Assembly (NCBI RefSeq): GCF_006345805.1
Contig: NW_021835104.1
Coordinates: forward strand, 1-43,549
Length of the DNA stretch: 43,549 nt
Source of the DNA: Octopus sinensis
Lineage: Eukaryota
Reading direction: 5' to 3'
Shown here in pieces: positions 37,030 through 43,549 of the stretch. Below the pieces are notes generated by a model that was not told where the DNA came from, did no database searches, and saw only the letters and a program-made list of their open reading frames with translations. Positions within the stretch are counted from its first letter, which is position 1. The number at the start of each line of letters is the position of its first letter. Both the position numbers and the translations under genes were made by a program.

Positions 37030-37480
37030 TCCCCATCGCCCAAGGGGCCATTCCTGATACCCTAGCAGATGAAGCCACATGTCGCAACCGCCCACTCTTG
37101 CTTTGCTTTAAATGCTAAGGTACTTGTTTGAAGAAATTCTGTAATCTTCGAAATTTAATGAGACAATTTTCTTGAAATTAATAATTGTGATGCGTTTTTC
37201 ATTTCTCTTTCTGTCAAAGTATATGTTCTTCCTGAAACAATTCTGGGGTCAAATTTACAAAGGATGTCTAATTAACCCAGAATTAAAACCTCTGACTTTC
37301 TAGGATACTGAAATTTTGATTTCAGGATGATTTGATTTAAACAATTGGAAGGCTTCCGAAGGTACCCTATACCTTGTATGGGGTACTTTCGCGCATGAAC
37401 TCTTTTGCTATTTTGTTTGATTTGTAATCCATTTTCCCTGGCATAACTCTGCTTACTTCATTTTATGAAATGAGAAACAC
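37030..37480 (-). mobile_element. Degenerate DNA transposase, Sola-like
   Basis: NEVSRVMPGKMDYKS and SEAFQLFKSNHPEIKISVS match the SRxMPGKKD...FKxxHPxxKIS pattern; weak FQENC and GPxxDG remnants downstream. Superfamily assignment is tentative. Confidence 0.55.
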
Positions 37481-37513
37481 AACTGGTAGTTTCTTGAGGA
37501 AATATGCTTTTAT

Positions 37514-37585
<72 letters not shown>

Positions 37586-37607
37586 ATATATAATATAGAT
37601 ATATATA

Positions 37608-37649
<42 letters not shown>

Positions 37650-37689
37650 TACACACATATATGTACACACACAACTCACACATTTATAT

Positions 37690-38060
37690 ATCTTTTATCT
37701 TTTATGTGCTTCAGGCATTGGACTGCGGCTATGCTAGTGAGCCTCTTTGAATTTTAAGTCGAATGAATCGACCCCATTTTTTCATAAAGCCTGGTTCTTA
37801 TTCTATCGTTCTCTTTTTGCCGAGCAGCTAAGTTAAGAGGATGCAAAAACACCAACATCGGTAGTCAAGCGGTGGTGGTGGGACAACCACAAAGACACAC
37901 ACACACACATATATACGACAGGCTTCTTTCAGTTTCCGTCTACCAAATCCAGTCACAAGGTTTTGGCTGGCCCGAGGGTTTAGTAGAAGACACTTGCCCA
38001 AGTTGCGACACAGTGGGACTGAACGCGGAATCACATGGTTGGGAAGCAAGCATCTTACCG
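37690..38060 (-). mobile_element. SINE family A, diverged
   Basis: Reverse complement of family A. Confidence 0.85.
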
Positions 38061-38104
38061 TATACATTTATCCTTGTATATACATTGATATCAGTCTCAG
38101 AGAC

Positions 38105-38727
38105 TTTTGAATTGAGCCTGAGCCCCTGATAAAGAAGTGGGGTGGTATGACGTCACCTTCATCGCAGACACACCCAAAGACAAATCACAGTTTTGAGGAA
38201 CTTAGTTTCCATGATGTGTCCATCTCACGTCTTACGTACAGCATTTACAGTTTTCACTGTAAAGTATTGAGCAGCAGTCATGATGTCGGCATTTTGATAA
38301 TTGGTGCGAATCATCGTAATACAGGTATATCTTTTCCAATATTCAGATGGTTTAAGGCGGGAAGCCTACGAGATCGTTAGCACGCCGGGCCAACTGCTTA
38401 CCAGCATTTCATCGGTCTTCATGTTCTCCGTTGAAATTCCACCGAGGTTGACTTTTCCTCTCATCATTTCGTGGTCGATAAAATATGTATCGCTTGAACA
38501 CTGGGGTCGATGTAATCGACTCACTCCTTCCTCCGAAATAGCTGACAACGAGCGAAAATTTGAAATCAATATTCAGATGGCTTCCAGTCCTCCACGTCAG
38601 TTAACTTTTTCTCAGCTACAACTTTAATGTTCGTGCTCTGCAATGTTGTTGACTGTTTACCAATACATCAAGCTGTTTCTGAGAAAGGGAGACATAGAAT
38701 ATTGTCATATTTAGTGTGAAAACCCTG
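38105..38727 (-). mobile_element. Tc1/DD37D(maT)-like transposon relic, internally deleted and split by a SINE
   Basis: TIR-like CAGGGTTTTCACACTAAAT starting at 38727; removing the SINE restores VEDWKPSEYWKRYTCITMIRTNYQNADI...; then METKFLKTV/VFGCVCDEGDVIPPHFF/QGLRLNS. Confidence 0.72.
38351..38566 (+). mobile_element. SINE family B-related copy with 14-bp TSD
   Basis: TSD caatattcagatgg at 38337-38350 and 38567-38580. Confidence 0.88.
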
Positions 38728-39120
38728 CATCTCTGCCGGTGTAATTTTCGATACGAAACCTGATCAACCACATATTCCAATTTCGATAAAAATCCGTTGC
38801 GATACTTGATCCGCTCGAGTTTGCCCAGACAATCTATTCTCACTTTTGCTATCGCAAATGCTGTAAACCTGTGATCAACACCAATAGGCGCCTGTAAATA
38901 TCCGGCTCTAATGTGCACAAATTGCGATACAAAATAATCAAGAATAAAGATACAATTTAAGCAGAACTTTAAATCATTTACGCTTATGAACTCTAGCAAA
39001 TTAGGTTGAAATTATGAACGAATGAACCAGAAAACAAAATCTCATTAGAGAGAAGTTAAAGAAAAATAATTTTATGATATTGAATTTCATATAAAAGAAT
39101 CATTATTATATACGAAATGG

Positions 39121-39141
39121 TCATATATATATATATATATA

Positions 39142-39184
<43 letters not shown>

Positions 39185-39306
39185 ATATGTAGTATGTATA
39201 TGTGTGTCTATATGTATATACATCTATGTATATGTGTGTATATGTACATATATATAGTATTATGTGTGTGTATATGTATATACATCTACGTATATGTGTG
39301 TGAATA

Positions 39307-39345
<39 letters not shown>

Positions 39346-39378
39346 TTGAATGTACACACACCACACACACACATATGT
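39121..39378. repeat. (TA)n/(TG)n low-complexity tract
   Basis: Direct reading. Confidence 0.9.
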
Positions 39379-39749
39379 AACCTATTGGAAATATAATAAA
39401 AATGTTTTATAAATATATTTAGAGGTGATATAAACTTGATTCAATCTCATGGATATAGAACAATTTTGGTTAAAAAAATTAATGAAAGCTAAAGAAATAA
39501 AACGTGTTAATAAATCTTCAGAGAATTGTATATAACTTTTACGAAAATATTTAGCAGACTTTCTGGCAACAGTCCAGACGTTTTATGGCGTTACAATTCA
39601 CCGTTGAAATATATTGGTGCTAAATCTGGTGGGTAATTATAATGTACTCCAGTATATATTGATAATGTTGTTTTTGATGTCGGTTGTTTTAAATTTTATA
39701 GACACTTGACCGTCTATCTAGGTTTATCTCACACATGTGTGTGTGAGTG

Positions 39750-39865
39750 TACACGCACATACACATACATACATACGTACATACATACATACATACGTAT
39801 ATACATACATGCCTACTTACGTACATACATACATACATACATACATACATACATACATACATACT
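39750..39865. repeat. (TACA)n microsatellite
   Basis: Direct reading. Confidence 0.92.
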
Positions 39866-39889
39866 TAACTGTATCGTTGTATTTCTGTT

Positions 39890-40178
39890 TCGAACAGACT
39901 ACCGGATGTTGTCATGCACAGCTCGCCACAATGTGCTTCCGAGCAACGGTGTTAATTTCGCTCCATGTCCTCACGTCTGTGAGACAAGTAGGCCAACATT
40001 CCCCAGGAACGGGAATGTAGCCTATCACATGGTTACTCATCTACTGCTGAGTGGACTGGAGCAACGTGAAACGAAGTGCTTGGATAAATACACAATGTAC
40101 CATAGATCAGGGAATCGAAATTATGATCTCCCGAGCACAAGATCGTGATTGCCACACCCTGACCACTAGGCCATGTGA
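39890..40178 (-). mobile_element. tRNA-derived SINE, family E
   Basis: Reverse A box tggcctagtgg and B box tttcgattccc; ttgctccagtccactcagc is shared with family D. Confidence 0.78.
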
Positions 40179-40529
40179 TGATTGCTTCATCTTGTCAGAT
40201 GGTAGCCATCTTGCATTCGGTCTCATTGTTATGATTTACTTTCATCCTTACATGTGCGCGGATAGGACTTTTCACGCCAAACAAGAAATAGAAAGAATAG
40301 TTAAACATGTGTGCATCATTGGATTTAAGTGACAAAAGATTGTACAACACTTTTGCCACATTCTTGGGCGTCGCCTTAGTAGATTCTAGTGGCAATCACT
40401 TCAAGATAACTGGTACTGTTTTGACTGCTAGTTTTAAATCAGATTATCTTTCTCCTAGAAGAGCCACCTTCCACAAGGCTTTGTTAAAAATAACGAGAGC
40501 TTCCTCTATCCCTAGGAAATGTATTTGAC

Positions 40530-40685
40530 TCATAGATGGGACCCTGATAGGAACTACTGTTTCGGATCAGAATGGGTTTGGGATAAATGGTAATTACTGT
40601 AACCCTAACCCATGCTCCCATGACTCCAGAACTCCCGAACTGGAGTCTCGCCACCTTATGCAATTTAGTGTCGTATTCTGGACAT
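40530..40685. mobile_element. Probable SINE-like repeat fragment, unclassified
   Basis: Resembles a recalled cephalopod repeat (gatgggaccct...ctccagaact...ggagtctcgccacc...tttagtgtc); single copy in this window. Confidence 0.4.
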
Positions 40686-40697
40686 ATAAATACTTCC

Positions 40698-40800
40698 TTT
40701 CATAAGGCTTTGGTTGGCCCGGTGCTATATTAAAACACTCTTGCCGAAGGTGCTATGCAGTGGGACAGAAGCTGACGCCACATAGTTGGGAAGGAAGCTT
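40698..40800 (-). mobile_element. SINE family A head fragment
   Basis: aaggctttggttggcccggtgctata...cttgccgaaggtgctatgcagtgggac. Confidence 0.75.
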
Positions 40801-41712
40801 TTTAAACGAAAAATACTGATTCGTGACAAAGATATACGGAAAATAAACTGTTTCTGTGCCAAGAGACATTTATGGGAGAAAAATATTGACAAAATAACGT
40901 AAAAAAAGATGAGTGGATTTACTAGCAATAATGTCAGAATAGACACATACGCACACGCATACAGAGGTACATACATACACTCATATGAACATACAATCAC
41001 ACACACACAAATACATATACATATATACATACATACATACAGACACGTACATACATATGTACTCATATAAACACACATACACCCGCACACACACACACAC
41101 ACGCAGACACACACACACACACACACACACACACAAGGTTTTGGGAGTGAATCTGCTGTCGAGTTAGACATTTATATTCCTCCATTTTGAAATGTCACTG
41201 GAACAACTAAAATATATATACATCCGTGGTGTTTTACGAAAAAATAGTATTGACATGGAAAGATATAACTAAAGAATATGCTATTCTTCACGTGAAAAAG
41301 AAATCTATATTTGTCTCACCAAGTGCACGGTTGGTGGGGGAGAGATGCGTTCTTTTGTTTTATCGAAAAATCCATTACTCATTTATCCATTTTCGACCAC
41401 AATATTCTTTACATTAGTTGTATTCGGATACGACACGTCGTAACAAATCAATGCTGGCTGTAATTTCTTCGAAAAATACGAAGAGGTAATCTTAACAAGT
41501 TATGGAAACAAGTTGCAAGTAGCGCTGGCTGCCGATTTTTTGTGGGGAGAATGAGACCTCACTTACTGTAAGGGTCTGTATCTGTTATTTTCAGGATTGA
41601 GAACGAAGGAAGTACACAGGCTGAGCAGCTGCAATGCAGTATATTGCTGCCTGCACAGCTGTAACACCGTGGAGATGTTGAAATGTGGGGGTCGGTACTG
41701 GGTCAAAACAGT

Positions 41713-41868
41713 GGTTCAAATTTTGGCACAATGCCAGCAATTTTGGTGACAGGGTAAGTCGATTACATCAATCCCAGTGTTCAACTGGTACTTATTTTAT
41801 CGACCCCCAAAAGAGTGAGAGGCAAAGCCGACCCCAGCAGCATTTGAACTCAGAATGTAAAGATGGAT
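41713..41868 (-). mobile_element. SINE family B-related fragment
   Basis: cccagtgttcaactggtacttattttatcgacccc...ggcaaagccgacc...atttgaactcagaatgtaa. Confidence 0.8.
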
Positions 41869-41929
41869 GAAATGACACTAATGAAGAATCATCACTGGTG
41901 CCAAGCTGTATCGGCCTTTGCCTTTCCCT

Positions 41930-42709
41930 TGGGCGAAGTACCTCACCAGAAAACAAACAAATTGCTCTCAGTACCAAAACTGATTAAGAAGCCGACGGGC
42001 CCTTTCTTCCGATGATGCCCAGTAAGGATTAGGGGAAGAAGGGGGAGGGGATTTGTCCATATGAGCAACAGTACACCGCCTTCTTTAAAAAAAGTACCAG
42101 CAGGCAGCCACAGAGAATCGAACCCGGCACCAATCAGCTACAGGCTGTGCGCTCTGTAACATTAAAATAAATGACCCCTAACACCGGGTCAAAATATTGA
42201 TAACGACATGGGCCTTGATTCAAAGTTATCCTCGTTGGGTAGTATGAAATGGTAGAGAATGCTGAGGTGAATAATAACGATGGGTGATCAGTTGGGGTTT
42301 CAAGAGACACACAAATTCAAGCGACGACCGATGCAGAACATCCTCCTGGGACTGTTCCCAGTCGTTGGTGCTAAAGTAAAAGTAATGGGCTTTGCAGTGG
42401 AGGACTGGAAGTCCAGTTCTAATTAACTAGATTTCATGTCCTTCACTACTAGTATTACAGTAGCCAAAACCACTCGAGGGCTTTTAATCTACATAAACAG
42501 CGAAGACCATAGTAAAGAAAAACGCAATAGAATAATCGACAATGGACCTCAGAATATACAGCTGTTTCCAAAGATCTATGGGCGAAATACCTCACCAGAA
42601 AACAAACAAATTGCCCTCAGTACCAAAACTGATTAAGAAGCCCTTTCTTCCAGTGATGCCCAGTAGGGATTAGGGGAAGAAGTGGGAGGTGATTTGTCCA
42701 TATGAGCAA
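41930..42709. repeat. Direct repeat pair (41930-42068 and 42579-42709) around a 510-bp core
   Basis: tgggcgaa(g/a)tacctcaccagaaaacaaacaaattg...gatttgtccatatgagcaa; one 8-bp indel and a few substitutions. Confidence 0.9.
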
Positions 42710-43099
42710 GAAGTTCCTCTCTCCAGTGAGTTACTGTCACAGAGATAATGAAAGAAGCTACCTCATGCCCAATCCTGGAAACCCACGGCCAGGTATTCCG
42801 TCACCTTACCGCAAGTTGTTGCACTACGGCGAGGGCGGGAAGGAGAAAAAGAGGAAGTAGAATGTCGAAACCCAGCAGAAGACAAGCAGGAAAGTAAAGG
42901 AGCTCTCTTCTCAACATGTCGACAACGAAGACAACATGAAGCCCCTACTGTCCCTCAAAAGCCTAATCCTAACTCAAATAAATAGAATAAAAGACGTGCG
43001 GAGGATATTGTGTAAAAGGGTTTAGAAGCAGCAGTCTATGTGTATACATTGTAACAGCCCGTCGCTGAATCCTCCCTTTGTTGGTGGTACCCTACTCCT

Positions 43100-43329
43100 G
43101 GCGGTTAGCTGGCAGAAACGTTAGCACGTCGGGCGAAATGCTTAGCAGTATTTCGTCTGCCGCTACGTTCTGAGTTCAAATTCTGCCGAGGTCGACTTTG
43201 CTTTTCATCCTTTCGGGTCGATTAAATAAGTACCAGTTACGCACTGGGGTCGATATAATCGACTTAATCCGTTTGTCTGTCCTTGCTTGTCCTCTCTGTG
43301 TTTCGCCCCTTGTGGGTAGTAAAGAAATA
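43100..43329 (+). mobile_element. SINE family B, young copy
   Basis: Very similar to 2673-2905; TSD ggtaccctac(t/a)cct at 43086-43099 and 43330-43343. Confidence 0.92.
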
Positions 43330-43549
43330 GGTACCCTACACCTGGCGGATGAAAACTTTGTACTTCTCAGGTGACAACCCTCCCAACCCTTAGGTTTGTT
43401 TGGGTTGTCGTTGCTAGTGATGGTTTTACAAGATCGGAGAGCTAATCCCACTTCAATTTCTTTTAATTGCCTTTTACAACACGCAAAAGAAATGATGGGT
43501 CTATTCTTTGACGTGACGGTTCCCACACAGCACTAGAGCAATGTAAAAT

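Noticed and set aside
38616-38999. 127-aa minus-strand ORF
   Set aside because: No recognisable motif; it overlaps the non-coding end of the Tc1-like element.
41585-41690. Possible exon after ttattttcag (similar case at 27881)
   Set aside because: No strong donor site and no recognisable peptide.
42398-42412. gtggaggactggaag shared with the Tc1-like start near 38581-38596
   Set aside because: Similarity does not extend on either side; treated as chance.

Overview
AT-rich, repeat-saturated eukaryotic non-coding DNA (intergenic or a large intron). The SINE families and the microsatellite load point to an octopod cephalopod; that is an inference from recalled family motifs, not a database result. 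I found no host protein-coding gene, rRNA, intact tRNA, CRISPR array or prokaryotic system. Almost all listed ORFs, including the 1395-aa and 977-aa HPSI ORFs, are microsatellite or SINE read-through artefacts. The window holds: (i) about 25 copies or fragments of at least five tRNA-derived SINE families, some with clear target-site duplications (TSDs); (ii) decayed retroelements: two Dong/R4-type REL-endonuclease LINE pieces, Penelope-like (PLE) RT and GIY-YIG pieces, and an RTE-like 3' end; (iii) decayed DNA transposons: hAT, mariner, Tc1/DD37D-like, a Sola-like transposase, a Tc2-like end and two TIR-bounded MITEs; (iv) a 3.7-kb (CCAT)n satellite with higher-order structure, an interstitial telomeric tract and many microsatellites. 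The most interesting signals are a PLE-type hammerhead ribozyme with a canonical core (20150-20233, minus), a PLE-end family with a consistently non-canonical hammerhead core, a hammerhead-like motif next to the telomeric tract, a (TAA)n-associated retroelement set (Dong pieces plus an unclassified ~560-bp element), a TTAA-flanked long-TIR MITE and a 45-bp-arm hairpin. All motif assignments were made by eye.
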